From: a virus
Reading direction: 5' to 3' (one strand)
IMG/VR virus record: IMGVR_UViG_3300021430_000595
DNA: 64,000 bases
This document shows positions 20,480 through 30,352 of the stretch, in pieces. Every line of letters begins with the position of its first letter. The first letter of the stretch is position 1. The position numbers and the translations under genes are program-made. Under the pieces are notes generated by a model, which did no database searches, was not told the origin of the DNA, and saw only the letters and a list, made by a program, of their open reading frames with translations.

Positions 20480-22459
20480 TTAAAACTTTTTACCAACACC
20501 CGATATTACTCCGGGTGGTATTATCGCACCACCTGCCAATGGTGGTCCAGGTAATGCCCCTCCTTGTAGAACTATTTTAACAAACGAATTGGAATCCTCT
20601 TCTTCGGTGTGACCATCAACAATCGATTTTACCAAATTACCTATATCATTACTTTCACCATAAAGTGGTCCTGTTGGTACACCTGAAGCTTCTAATCTGT
20701 TCATAATATTCATAAACGCTCTGTCTTGACTATATCCCGGTAATGCATCTGAAAATAGTAAAAGAATTGGTGGTACCGATATTGGTGTTCTCGCGGAAAG
20801 TGCAGCTTCGATGGTTGATAGTATTGTTTGAAATAAATCATAACAATTGTTCAATTCATTATCCAATACTTTCCTTAATAACATTATTAATGATGTTATA
20901 ATTAACAAGTATCTTTTGTACTTATTTTTGATTATTTTTTGTACAATTTTACTTACAAATGCAATTAAATCTATTTTAATTAATCTCCAAAATTCTTTGA
21001 TAAAAATCCAAAATAAATCTGACACTATTTTAGAGATTGCTTTATAGAACTTTTTAACCAAATCTTTTATATTGATGTATGCATTTATTAAACCTGTTTT
21101 GAATATCTTATAAAGGATAATTAATGGTAAAAATAATTTAGCGGACAATATAGACATCATTAATGCCTTTGGTAAATTAAGTATGAAATTGTTAAGTAAA
21201 TTATTTAAAAAATCTGCAATAGATAGTGATGAATCTGACTGTTCAAATGCGTCTCTTGCAACATTTTCTAACGTATCGTCTATCGAATTTAAAGTACCTT
21301 TATTATTTGATAAATAAATAAAATCTTCAACATGTGAATCATCAATAGGGATTTCAAAATTGTAACAATCTTTAAATCTTAAAACTCTTCTAAATCTTGC
21401 ATTTTCATCATCCAAATCAATTCCCTCAACATCATCAAAATCAAAATAAAACTCAAGGTCTTCTTCGTCTTCATCAAACATATCTACAGGTGTTTGATTT
21501 TTTAATTCATCTTTGTTTTTTTCACTACCACAAAACGATAATAACTTATTTATAAGTCTCATTATCTTATCCAACGAAACGTTAAACTTATTCGAATCAC
21601 TACAACTAGACCCTCCTTGAATTGTTAATAACATTGATTGTTTTACAATATCATTGATGTCAGGAAACTCTAACGAACTGTAGTAATTTTGAATAAAATC
21701 TTGTACTTTAACCGCATTTGGTGTTCCTTGGGTTAATCCAGTAAAAACAAATTGTTGGGTTGAAGCACTCCATGTTGCGGTAAATAAATCCGTACCACTA
21801 TTTGAACTAAACGTGTATGTATTTCCGTTTGAAATTATATCGTAAAGTTCTCTATTTGTTTTTTGTTTGTTTTTGTCAGGTGATTTGGGTTCATACACTA
21901 ATTGGCCACAAGTACTATCAGGGTCAATTGTAAAAATATCTAAGAAATCAAATTCATCGGGTCTTAATGCGATTGTATCAATAGCGAATAAAGATTCACT
22001 ACCACAAATTCCATCACCCATAAACAACGCTTCTGATAATCTTTTTACTGCAATTTCTTTAGATTGACCAAGAGTTGTTTTAGTTGCACTAATTGCATGT
22101 CTTTTGATTTTTCCTTTTGCTGGGTTTTTATCAACATTTACGTCAATACCAATCTTTGATGGATTAATTGTATTAATGTTACCAGCACCTTCTCTTAATG
22201 TCTTCTTAGATGTTGTTATGAATTGTTCTGTTACTGTGATAAGTTCTGTAAAAATATCACTTTTATTGTCTTTTTTTTGTTTTCTCTTATTGTTTTTAAG
22301 TGCATCTAACTTATTACCAATAAGTTCTTCAGGATTCGGTAGATTATTTTGAAACGCATTAGAAAGTGAACCAAGACTCTCTTTTGGGTCATCATTGATT
22401 TTTTTAATTCCTTCAATTTTTGCTTGAAGAGTTTTTTTGGTTTCCTGTGTTTTACTCAT
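20480..22459 (-). CDS. Hypothetical protein (probably virion/baseplate associated)
   Basis: 659 aa with a hydrophobic helical central region; same operon as the spike. Confidence 0.6.
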   Translation of the reverse strand: MSKTQETKKTLQAKIEGIKKINDDPKESLGSLSNAFQNNLPNPEELIGNKLDALKNNKRKQKKDNKSDIFTELITVTEQFITTSKKTLREGAGNINTINPSKIGIDVNVDKNPAKGKIKRHAISATKTTLGQSKEIAVKRLSEALFMGDGICGSESLFAIDTIALRPDEFDFLDIFTIDPDSTCGQLVYEPKSPDKNKQKTNRELYDIISNGNTYTFSSNSGTDLFTATWSASTQQFVFTGLTQGTPNAVKVQDFIQNYYSSLEFPDINDIVKQSMLLTIQGGSSCSDSNKFNVSLDKIMRLINKLLSFCGSEKNKDELKNQTPVDMFDEDEEDLEFYFDFDDVEGIDLDDENARFRRVLRFKDCYNFEIPIDDSHVEDFIYLSNNKGTLNSIDDTLENVARDAFEQSDSSLSIADFLNNLLNNFILNLPKALMMSILSAKLFLPLIILYKIFKTGLINAYINIKDLVKKFYKAISKIVSDLFWIFIKEFWRLIKIDLIAFVSKIVQKIIKNKYKRYLLIITSLIMLLRKVLDNELNNCYDLFQTILSTIEAALSARTPISVPPILLLFSDALPGYSQDRAFMNIMNRLEASGVPTGPLYGESNDIGNLVKSIVDGHTEEEDSNSFVKIVLQGGALPGPPLAGGAIIPPGVISGVGKKF

Positions 22460-22839
22460 TATTCTCTATATGTACTTTCTTCATTTGAGTTATCACTCGT
22501 TTCGTTCATTAGTTTTTCAAGTAACGCCCTGTCTTCATCAGTTATTTGGAGTTTACCACCATTCGAATTGGGTCCCGAACCGTGCATTTGTTTTAATAGA
22601 GCACTTTGTAATTTAACTAATGATATTTTTTTCTCGGTACAGTCATTTAGTATCTTTTGTTGCTCTTTAATGACAGGTCCGATAACACTCATATCTTCCG
22701 CATCTTTCATAAATGTTAACATTTTCTTTGTTATCAACGATGCTGTGTTTTTTTGTTCTACAATATCATTATAAATCTCTTGCATTAGTGCAAGAGCGGA
22801 ATCGGTGTCCAATGATATGATGTTTTTCCTCTGTCTCAT
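22459..22839 (-). CDS. Hypothetical protein
   Basis: 126-aa helical ORF; TATTTAT 5 nt upstream. Confidence 0.6.
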   Translation of the reverse strand: MRQRKNIISLDTDSALALMQEIYNDIVEQKNTASLITKKMLTFMKDAEDMSVIGPVIKEQQKILNDCTEKKISLVKLQSALLKQMHGSGPNSNGGKLQITDEDRALLEKLMNETSDNSNEESTYRE

Positions 22840-22860
22840 ACACTATAAATAGATAATAAG

Positions 22861-23559
22861 TTAATTTATGAACCCTGAAACAATTCCCTCATACACTTTT
22901 TTGTACTTTTTTAAAGATACCCTAATTTCTTTTGTTGAAAGTGAGGTCATTTCTCTTAGAGATAGTAAAATCAAGTTTTTGTTGAATTTGTTACCGTCAC
23001 CTATTTGGAATATTTTCTCAAAATTTGCAAAGACTTCAATCAATGCATAACCTAGTTTCTGTTCATTCTCATTAAGTTCTTCGGATTCCATAAAATTTTC
23101 TAGTTCGGTAACAAATTTCACTATCACATCTTTATAATCTAAGTGAAATTCATCAATTGAATAAGAAAATTCCATACTTTCTTCAATGTCTGATGAAATA
23201 TCATCATAAGACACATTTCTATTTAATTCTTTAGCATCCTTTTGGATTGCTCCCATTAAATAGTTTTTACAAATCGTACCAAAATATGAATATGCTTTGT
23301 GATTCTTAGTATGGTCAAATTTGTTTATTTTAGTCATCAGAAATGACATAGTATCTGCATGAATATCGTCAAATTCTATGTCTTTTCTGTACAACTTATA
23401 ACGTCGAATAATACTTTCGACCATTATTGTGAGAGGTTCTCTTAAATATTCATTGAATATCTTATTCTTATCTGTTTCGGATTCGGATTCTAGGTATCGT
23501 ACAACCGCTTGTTCTTGTTCCTCCCCAAAATATATTTTTTGGGTTCGTTTACGCGGCAT
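22861..23559 (-). CDS. Late-transcription sigma factor (T4 gp55-like)
   Basis: Short sigma-like protein: YFGEEQEQAV, KINKFD..KAYSYFGTICKNYL (compare gp55 AYFTQI). Confidence 0.7.
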   Translation of the reverse strand: MPRKRTQKIYFGEEQEQAVVRYLESESETDKNKIFNEYLREPLTIMVESIIRRYKLYRKDIEFDDIHADTMSFLMTKINKFDHTKNHKAYSYFGTICKNYLMGAIQKDAKELNRNVSYDDISSDIEESMEFSYSIDEFHLDYKDVIVKFVTELENFMESEELNENEQKLGYALIEVFANFEKIFQIGDGNKFNKNLILLSLREMTSLSTKEIRVSLKKYKKVYEGIVSGFIN

Positions 23560-23562
23560 TTT

Positions 23563-24342
23563 TTAATTTTCTACATAATTTATATCTCTTATGTTCTTAA
23601 AGAAAAATTCTTTTTTCGCTGTGTCCAACCAGAACTTAACTTCTTTTTCAGATAACTTAACATCTTCAGAGTTTTTATAACTCCAAAATAGTGAGTTTTC
23701 TCTAAAATTAACGTGTTGATAACCAACTCTCGGTACCGACATAATTAACACGTTGTTATGTGTTAATCTTAGAAGGAACTCATACCCAAAAGTAAGTTTA
23801 ATGTTTGTTTTAAATTTACCATATTCTTTAACAATTGAGGTTTTATACAAACCACCACTAATTTGAAAATTTTGATATTCCAATAGTGCTTGATTATCTA
23901 AGAATCCTTGTTTATCGGTAAATCCATATGCCCATGTTGATTCATTGGTGTAACTTAAAAATTTACCATCAACATTAATGTCTTTAACCAACGGAAGAAA
24001 TACATTCACTTCGGGGTTTTCCCTCATATAAGTTGTCATTGACGGTAACCAATTTTTTGTGTATTCATCATCAATTTCTAATATTGAAAACCACTCGGTT
24101 TCACAATTTTCAATACCTAAATTAATTTGACTACAGAAATCAATCTCACCACTGTTCTCAACAAATCTATATTCCAAATTTGTTTCTTCTATTTTAATAG
24201 AAGATAAAACATTATTGGGTGCAACGATTAATAGTACAACGTCATTATAGAATTGTTCAACAGATTCTAATGCGTTTTTGAACATATACATATGTTCTTC
24301 GTCCCATTTATGAATGGGTAATATTACTGAGATGTTTTTCAT
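23563..24342 (-). CDS. Glycosyltransferase, GT-A/GT2-like
   Basis: ISVILPIH N-terminus, NLGIENCETEWFSILEIDDEY (DxD-like). Confidence 0.75.
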   Translation of the reverse strand: MKNISVILPIHKWDEEHMYMFKNALESVEQFYNDVVLLIVAPNNVLSSIKIEETNLEYRFVENSGEIDFCSQINLGIENCETEWFSILEIDDEYTKNWLPSMTTYMRENPEVNVFLPLVKDINVDGKFLSYTNESTWAYGFTDKQGFLDNQALLEYQNFQISGGLYKTSIVKEYGKFKTNIKLTFGYEFLLRLTHNNVLIMSVPRVGYQHVNFRENSLFWSYKNSEDVKLSEKEVKFWLDTAKKEFFFKNIRDINYVEN

Positions 24343-25421
24343 GCTACTTCTTGGGTTTCTTTATCTTCTTCTTTTATTTTAGACAATGCTTTATCGATTG
24401 CCTCAATACGTTTATTTCTAAATGAATCAAAAATGTTCAAAATGTTATTTTTAGTTACATCTGTGGTGTACGGTAATAATGTATCCTTCATTTTTTGTTT
24501 TACCTCATCATTAATTTCAATACCCTCCAACCAAGCTGAAACGTATGTTCCGATGATTTCAACAATTTTTGATTCATCGTATGTCCACATTCCATTTTCA
24601 GATAACCAATCCGGTTCATTTTTTGGAATTTTACCAATAACAGGGATACCACATTTCATTGATTCTAACGGGAATGTTCCAAATGTTGAGTCATCATCAA
24701 CCCATACAGATACCATACATTCTTTAAGACCTGTTGAGAAGTCACTATATGACATGTTAATCATATCTCTAAATGTAATCCATCTCAAATGAGGATATCG
24801 TATGTAGAATTCTGAAATAATCTTCTTACTGATTGACCTGTCTTTACAAGAGATTGCAATAATAGGTTTTTGGGTTTTTTCACTTGGAGTGAAATCATCA
24901 CCCATAATTGGTGGGATGATGTGAACTAAACATTCACTGAATATTTCACTAATGTATTTTTTTGAATGTTCTGTTGTTGTGATAACTCGGTCGAAACCAT
25001 AATCAGACCATCTACTACCAATAGGTAACGTTTCAAAGATATATTCTTTTTGTTGTACTAACATAACTTTAACACATCTAATGTTTGCTAAAGATTCCAA
25101 TACGTTTGAATAGTATTCAGGTACAACAATTATATCCTCGATTTTAATCTCGACTCTGTCGTCTTTAATTGTAACAACATCCAATTCATTGTACTTATCA
25201 CCTAACCAACCGGAAACACCCGTATAGGTTTTATCTTCAACAAGTATTTTTACGTTGTTACCGTCTTCTTTTAGTGTCAATGCTAAATCGTAAATATATT
25301 TAACAGACGCTCTTGGGTTATTTCTTGTGTCATATACTAAAAAATAAATGACATTTTTTTTGCTGTTTAAATTATCTAATGCTGTTGATAATTTTTCGAT
25401 GTTTTCTTTATTCTTGTTCAT
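24339..25421 (-). CDS. Glycosyltransferase, GT-B/GT4-like
   Basis: IIVVPE and STFGTFPLESMKCGIPVIG (compare ExFGxPxLEAMAxGxPV). Confidence 0.7.
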   Translation of the reverse strand: MNKNKENIEKLSTALDNLNSKKNVIYFLVYDTRNNPRASVKYIYDLALTLKEDGNNVKILVEDKTYTGVSGWLGDKYNELDVVTIKDDRVEIKIEDIIVVPEYYSNVLESLANIRCVKVMLVQQKEYIFETLPIGSRWSDYGFDRVITTTEHSKKYISEIFSECLVHIIPPIMGDDFTPSEKTQKPIIAISCKDRSISKKIISEFYIRYPHLRWITFRDMINMSYSDFSTGLKECMVSVWVDDDSTFGTFPLESMKCGIPVIGKIPKNEPDWLSENGMWTYDESKIVEIIGTYVSAWLEGIEINDEVKQKMKDTLLPYTTDVTKNNILNIFDSFRNKRIEAIDKALSKIKEEDKETQEVA

Positions 25422-25695
25422 CTTCAGGTATTAATATTTCATATTTTATTAAGGTGTTGAATGCGATTTTAAATGAGATTGATAATCCGTTACTACCGAA
25501 TTCTCCCAATTCTTCATCCGCTTCATCATATTCGTTTAAAACTCTTTCAATACAAGTTTTTATTACTTCATATTTGAAAATGTTTATTTCTAATGTTGTT
25601 GTGCCATCATCATTTTCTATTTGATTGCCTGTTTGACACTTTTTACTAATCCCATCAATGTCGATGTAATAGTTTTTTCCGAGTACTTCAACCAT
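25408..25695 (-). CDS. Hypothetical protein
   Basis: 95-aa ORF overlapping both neighbours. Confidence 0.6.
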   Translation of the reverse strand: MVEVLGKNYYIDIDGISKKCQTGNQIENDDGTTTLEINIFKYEVIKTCIERVLNEYDEADEELGEFGSNGLSISFKIAFNTLIKYEILIPEDEQE

Positions 25696-26270
25696 TTTTT
25701 GTCTATTTCAGATAATTTATTTATTTGTTGTTTATTTGTAAAGTGATTATTGTAAAACGTATTAAACTTTACAACTTTCTTTTTGGATGGGCAATTACTC
25801 ACAACGTGAATGTCATCGGTAATCCACATATCACATTTTTTCCATAAATCTTTTATTTTTTCAGGTGTTGAGAAGATGATGTTATCACAAATAATACCAT
25901 TCTTGGATAGAAAGAATAGAGTTGCTGGTTTTGCTTTACCTTTCTCACTTAAACCGACAAGAGTGAATTTAATATTTGGATTCTCAAAAACCATGGTGTT
26001 GAATTCCGTGGCTGCTTGATTATAACTTAACCCCGCATGTCCGTATATTTCTATGGGGAAGTCAAAATACAAAAACTTATTGAACTCATCGGCAGACTGA
26101 AATCTGTATGTGCTCAATAAGTTTTCTATTGAAATTGGTGTACCGTTTATTCCGTAGTCGAAAGATTCTTCAGCATCCGGTTCAGTATTCAGGTAATAAT
26201 CCTTATAATGATAATCAAATTTTTGTATAGTGTTCCTTAAAACACCGTCTATACTTACAAATATTTCCAT
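25617..26270 (-). CDS. HAD-fold 5'(3')-nucleotidase-like protein (degenerate motif I)
   Basis: IFVSIDGVLRN (DxDGV with the first D replaced by S), CDMWITDD, KFNTFYN. Confidence 0.55.
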   Translation of the reverse strand: MEIFVSIDGVLRNTIQKFDYHYKDYYLNTEPDAEESFDYGINGTPISIENLLSTYRFQSADEFNKFLYFDFPIEIYGHAGLSYNQAATEFNTMVFENPNIKFTLVGLSEKGKAKPATLFFLSKNGIICDNIIFSTPEKIKDLWKKCDMWITDDIHVVSNCPSKKKVVKFNTFYNNHFTNKQQINKLSEIDKKWLKYSEKTITSTLMGLVKSVKQAIK

Positions 26271-26307
26271 GAAGGAAATATAACATACAAAAAATTATAA
26301 GTAAAGG

Positions 26308-27024
26308 TTAATCGTACCTTTTCAGAATTTGCGTGATAATCGGGTTTCTAACAATATCTTCATTTCCGAATTCGAAAACACCAACATTTTTTAAATCACC
26401 TAATCTTACTTTTGCATCATATAAACCCGTTTTGGTTTTGTCCTTAAATTTATCAGATTGTTCTAAGTCACCCGATATGAAAAATTTAGAATTAAAACCA
26501 ATCCTAGTTAATAGGAGTTTCATTTGAGATGGTGTTGTATTCTGTGCTTCTTCAAAAACAAGAATTGTATTATCTACATTCCAACCTCTCATGTAAGCCA
26601 ATGCAGCAATTTCGATGAACCCTTCGTCTTTTAATTTTTCTCTAGCTTCCTTACCAATTATTTTGTTTAACAAATAGTAAGATGGGTAAATGTAAGGGTC
26701 GAGTTTTTCTTCTAATCCACCCGGTAATGAACCTAACTTTTCTTCTGCTTCAACTGCTGGTCTAACTATGATAATTTTTTCATACTTGTTGGTGTCATCC
26801 CACAATAATTCGATTGCTTTTTTCATGGCAATATAGGATTTACCAACACCTGCAGGTCCGAAACATAATGTTATTTCATTTTCACCAAGTGTTTTCCAAT
26901 ACTGTTCTTGGTTCTTAGTTAGGAACTTCTCTTTAGGTTGTTTGATTAGTTCTCTAATTCTCTGTTTTTTATTAACCTTTTTTTCCTCAACAGAGTTTGT
27001 TGTTTTTGATGTTGCTCTTCTCAA
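26308..27024 (-). CDS. phoH: PhoH-like ATPase
   Basis: GPAGVGKS, RPAVEAEEKLGSLPG, AYMRG, EEAQN, GDLEQSD, DIVRNP; TTG start. Confidence 0.93.
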   Translation of the reverse strand: MRRATSKTTNSVEEKKVNKKQRIRELIKQPKEKFLTKNQEQYWKTLGENEITLCFGPAGVGKSYIAMKKAIELLWDDTNKYEKIIIVRPAVEAEEKLGSLPGGLEEKLDPYIYPSYYLLNKIIGKEAREKLKDEGFIEIAALAYMRGWNVDNTILVFEEAQNTTPSQMKLLLTRIGFNSKFFISGDLEQSDKFKDKTKTGLYDAKVRLGDLKNVGVFEFGNEDIVRNPIITQILKRYD

Positions 27025-27051
27025 TTTTTTATTGTATTATAATAATAATTA

Positions 27052-27657
27052 TTATGAACCTGTAGAACCAAATCCACCTTGACCTCTTTCGGTATCACTT
27101 AATTCATCCGTTTCAACGAATGTAACTTGAGGATATGGTACTATCATGATTTGAGCAATACGGTCACCGACCTTATAATCTGTTTGGTCAATCCTAACAT
27201 CATTAGGTCCATAAACCTTTTTAAAGGTCGCTTGTATTTCACCTCTATACCCACTATCAATAACACCAACAGAGTTTGTTAAACTTAAATCTGTTTTTCT
27301 TATTGAAGAACGAGGGAAAATTAACCCGACATATCCTTTGGGAATTTCCATTGCGATGTCTGTCCCATATGTTACATGAAAACTTGTGTTTTCAATAATT
27401 TTTGTTGCAACTAAGTCCATGCCTGCATCACCATCTTTTGCATATTTTGGAATAACCGCATTAGGTGATAATTTTTTAACTTTCACCTCGAACTTATTGA
27501 CATTGTGTTCAACTTGGTTTTTAATGTTATTACCAAGTGTGTTTAATAACTTATTTAAGTCACCCATAATTGAAGACTCGTCACCATCTTCACTTAGAAT
27601 TTCTTTTTCTAAATCTTGGAGTTTCTTAATGTAGGATTCAATTTCTTTTTTGTCCAT
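27052..27657 (-). CDS. dut: dUTPase with N-terminal helical extension
   Basis: AGMDL, PRSS, GVIDSGYRGEI, RIAQ, RGQGGFGSTG. Confidence 0.95.
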   Translation of the reverse strand: MDKKEIESYIKKLQDLEKEILSEDGDESSIMGDLNKLLNTLGNNIKNQVEHNVNKFEVKVKKLSPNAVIPKYAKDGDAGMDLVATKIIENTSFHVTYGTDIAMEIPKGYVGLIFPRSSIRKTDLSLTNSVGVIDSGYRGEIQATFKKVYGPNDVRIDQTDYKVGDRIAQIMIVPYPQVTFVETDELSDTERGQGGFGSTGS

Positions 27658-28210
27658 TTTTTTCTTCTATTATAGATAATTCAAAACCCATTCTAACAAC
27701 GTTTGATAAGTTACTTGAACGGTATTTCGCCATTTTATCATCAGATTCTTTATCTGAATTTAGTAATGATTGAAACTCTTCTTCAGTTAGGTTAACACCG
27801 TATTTGGTTGCATAATGAACTGACCTTTCACCGGCTTTCATTGAAACCTCGTGTTCGGTAAAATCATACATTTTACCCAACGTCTTTTTCTGCCATTCAT
27901 TATCGTTTAACTTAAACATGAATGTTTTACCTATTTGAGATAAGAACACACATTTTAAAATCGACGATGTTTGACTTCTCATACTTTCAGGTAATAAATC
28001 ATTTATTTTAACAGCGTATTTTGCTGCTTTAAAACAATGACTTAACAAACCACCCGGATAACAACCATACATATCTAATGATGTGGATGCTGGAGCAATA
28101 AAGAAGTCTTCACCTAAGAAATCTTCTAATTCCTTAGTGAAGATATTGTATTTAGAGTTTGTGTCTAAAAACTTTTTTTTGTTTGATTGAATTTGTTCAG
28201 CGGTTAACAT
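27638..28210 (-). CDS. HD-domain-like protein (degenerate)
   Basis: APAS..YPGGLLSH; FLSQIGK where LLHDIGK is expected. Confidence 0.55.
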   Translation of the reverse strand: MLTAEQIQSNKKKFLDTNSKYNIFTKELEDFLGEDFFIAPASTSLDMYGCYPGGLLSHCFKAAKYAVKINDLLPESMRSQTSSILKCVFLSQIGKTFMFKLNDNEWQKKTLGKMYDFTEHEVSMKAGERSVHYATKYGVNLTEEEFQSLLNSDKESDDKMAKYRSSNLSNVVRMGFELSIIEEKNGQKRN

Positions 28211-28213
28211 AGG

Positions 28214-28447
28214 TTACTTTTTGTAGTACTCAGGAGTGTTGTTTTGGTCGATGATACATTCAATTGGCATCTTTACGATTGACAAACTTTCAGAAGAACG
28301 CATGTCACCCGCACGATATTTTGATGCAATTATGGTTGCTTCTTCAACTGATTGTGCTTCGACAATGTACTTCAATTTTTGTAATCTAGGATTACCGTTT
28401 CTGTCCACGTTTTCGGTTTCATAACCGATTGTTACTAAGTAGTGCAT
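28214..28447 (-). CDS. Small protein resembling the Bacteroidota DUF4494 N-terminal domain
   Basis: Y..NGNPRLQKLKYIVEAQSVEEA pattern, recognised from memory. Confidence 0.45.
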   Translation of the reverse strand: MHYLVTIGYETENVDRNGNPRLQKLKYIVEAQSVEEATIIASKYRAGDMRSSESLSIVKMPIECIIDQNNTPEYYKK

Positions 28448-28469
28448 AATTTTTGATTTTTTTTTGTTT

Positions 28470-29690
28470 TTAAATTATTGATTTGAAAAATTCTGTTCTG
28501 TCTTTTGAGACTGTTACTAATGAGTATTTGTCTTTTACTGTATTGTATAGACGGTTACCTAAATCCTCAATCATATTCGGATTTTCAATTAACAGTTTCA
28601 TGTATTTTGTCCACTGTTTGTGATTTTTATTCTGTGGTACTAATAGTGCATTACCATCATCCATTAACTTACCATCCCTATACGCGTTTTTCAAGTCAAT
28701 CGTATATGGCATACTTTCACTTGCAATAATAGGTTTTTTATGGAAACCCGCCTCAATAATTTTTAATTGGGATTTGTTGGCGTTAAATTCGGAAGGTAGA
28801 ATTGGTGCTAATGAAATATCGAATAGGTTGTAATTTGTTCCATATCTTCCGATTGGTTGTGTCCAAACTCTTTCGTACTTTTTATCACTTGTATCAATTT
28901 TAGGATTTTCCATAAAATTCATTAAGTGTGCTTTATAATCATTATCAACTGATTTATAGTTGTCGGTGAAAATTTGTTCATATTTGAACCAAACAGTTTC
29001 TTTTGGTTGAATGGGTCTCATTTTTCTCTCACCAGTTTGTGCATTTACCTCAGTAACAGTACCTCTTAAATCAAACCCACATAAAACAAATTTAACGTTG
29101 TCATATTGATTTGTTATCATGGAAATACCACCTCTAAGTAACTCTAAATCATGTAAGTGAGTAGAACCACCTAACCAACCAAAACGAATTTTGTCTGATT
29201 TTGTTGGTGACGGATTAAATTGGGTTTCTTTAGGGTCAATCGCATTTGGAAATACGTGTACATTTTTAATACCCAATCTTGTTTTTATAGTGTTTGCAAA
29301 AAATTCGGTTGTACATGTAACATGGTCAGCCAATCTCATCATTTCTACCTTTTTCTTAGGTAACTCATTTTGTCTGATTTGATGATACATAGGATGTTTT
29401 TGGTCGGGTGACCAAAAATCGTCAATGTCCATTACAACCTTAATTCCTTGGGATTTTAAGAAGTTGATTCTCTTAATATTGTCTTCGTGACTTGTTTGAT
29501 GGATAAAACTATGAAAGACAACGATATCGTAGTTTTTAAAGAAATTATCATCATTTTCCGCATTAAGCGTAATATCCACATGAAATTCTCCTGAATAGTT
29601 ATCCCCTATGTATTTGAAGGGGTCTAGGATTCTGTATTTACCTACACCGTGAGAATCCGGCGGTATTGCTAATATTCTAATTTTTGACAT
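28470..29690 (-). CDS. Glycosyltransferase, GT-B fold
   Basis: GVGKYRI, MDIDDFW, FGWLGGSTHLHDL, DISLAP..FNANKSQLKIIEAG. Confidence 0.85.
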   Translation of the reverse strand: MSKIRILAIPPDSHGVGKYRILDPFKYIGDNYSGEFHVDITLNAENDDNFFKNYDIVVFHSFIHQTSHEDNIKRINFLKSQGIKVVMDIDDFWSPDQKHPMYHQIRQNELPKKKVEMMRLADHVTCTTEFFANTIKTRLGIKNVHVFPNAIDPKETQFNPSPTKSDKIRFGWLGGSTHLHDLELLRGGISMITNQYDNVKFVLCGFDLRGTVTEVNAQTGERKMRPIQPKETVWFKYEQIFTDNYKSVDNDYKAHLMNFMENPKIDTSDKKYERVWTQPIGRYGTNYNLFDISLAPILPSEFNANKSQLKIIEAGFHKKPIIASESMPYTIDLKNAYRDGKLMDDGNALLVPQNKNHKQWTKYMKLLIENPNMIEDLGNRLYNTVKDKYSLVTVSKDRTEFFKSII

Positions 29691-29740
29691 CAATTAATTC
29701 TCTTTTCCAAATAATAAGAAAAAAAATTGAAAAATCAAAC

Positions 29741-30325
29741 TTACTTTGCTTTATTTACTCCGGTAATTTTTCCTTTGAATACAGAATCACCAACTTTCAA
29801 TACCAAATTTTCGTGAATTGACATCGTTTGCTGTGCGGTTAATATCTGATTTAGCTTGGTATCCAATATCTCCATAACCGTCTTTCTAACGATATTTTCA
29901 ATAACAGGAGTAAGTTGTTTAACTAAATCTGAAGAGTTGGTTTGAGGTACTGATGATTGGGTATTACTTTTACTTACCTGACTTTTTTTGGTTGATACAC
30001 CTTCAGATTCCATTAGTCTTTTAGTTTTTTCAACAAAATTTATATCTAATGAATCACTTAAACTAATTTGAGGTATAGGGTTTTCAATCATCGCTCTTTT
30101 AATTGCTTCAGGTAATTTAGATTCCTGTATTCTTTGTACATTAGTTACTTGTTGTTTAGGTAATGATGTTTGTGGTATTTCTTCGGGACTCACTCTTAAT
30201 ATTTCTTCATTAACCGAACCTTTTTCAAAATCACCGGTTTCAACTTTGTTCATAACTTTTTTTGCTTGTACTAATCTCTGCATCAAATCGTTTTGAGATA
30301 ATACACCTTGTCCTGTTTTTTCCAT
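29741..30325 (-). CDS. Hypothetical protein
   Basis: 194 aa; TAGTTAT variant motif upstream. Confidence 0.65.
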   Translation of the reverse strand: MEKTGQGVLSQNDLMQRLVQAKKVMNKVETGDFEKGSVNEEILRVSPEEIPQTSLPKQQVTNVQRIQESKLPEAIKRAMIENPIPQISLSDSLDINFVEKTKRLMESEGVSTKKSQVSKSNTQSSVPQTNSSDLVKQLTPVIENIVRKTVMEILDTKLNQILTAQQTMSIHENLVLKVGDSVFKGKITGVNKAK

Positions 30326-30352
30326 AATACTTTTTTTATATAATAACTATTT

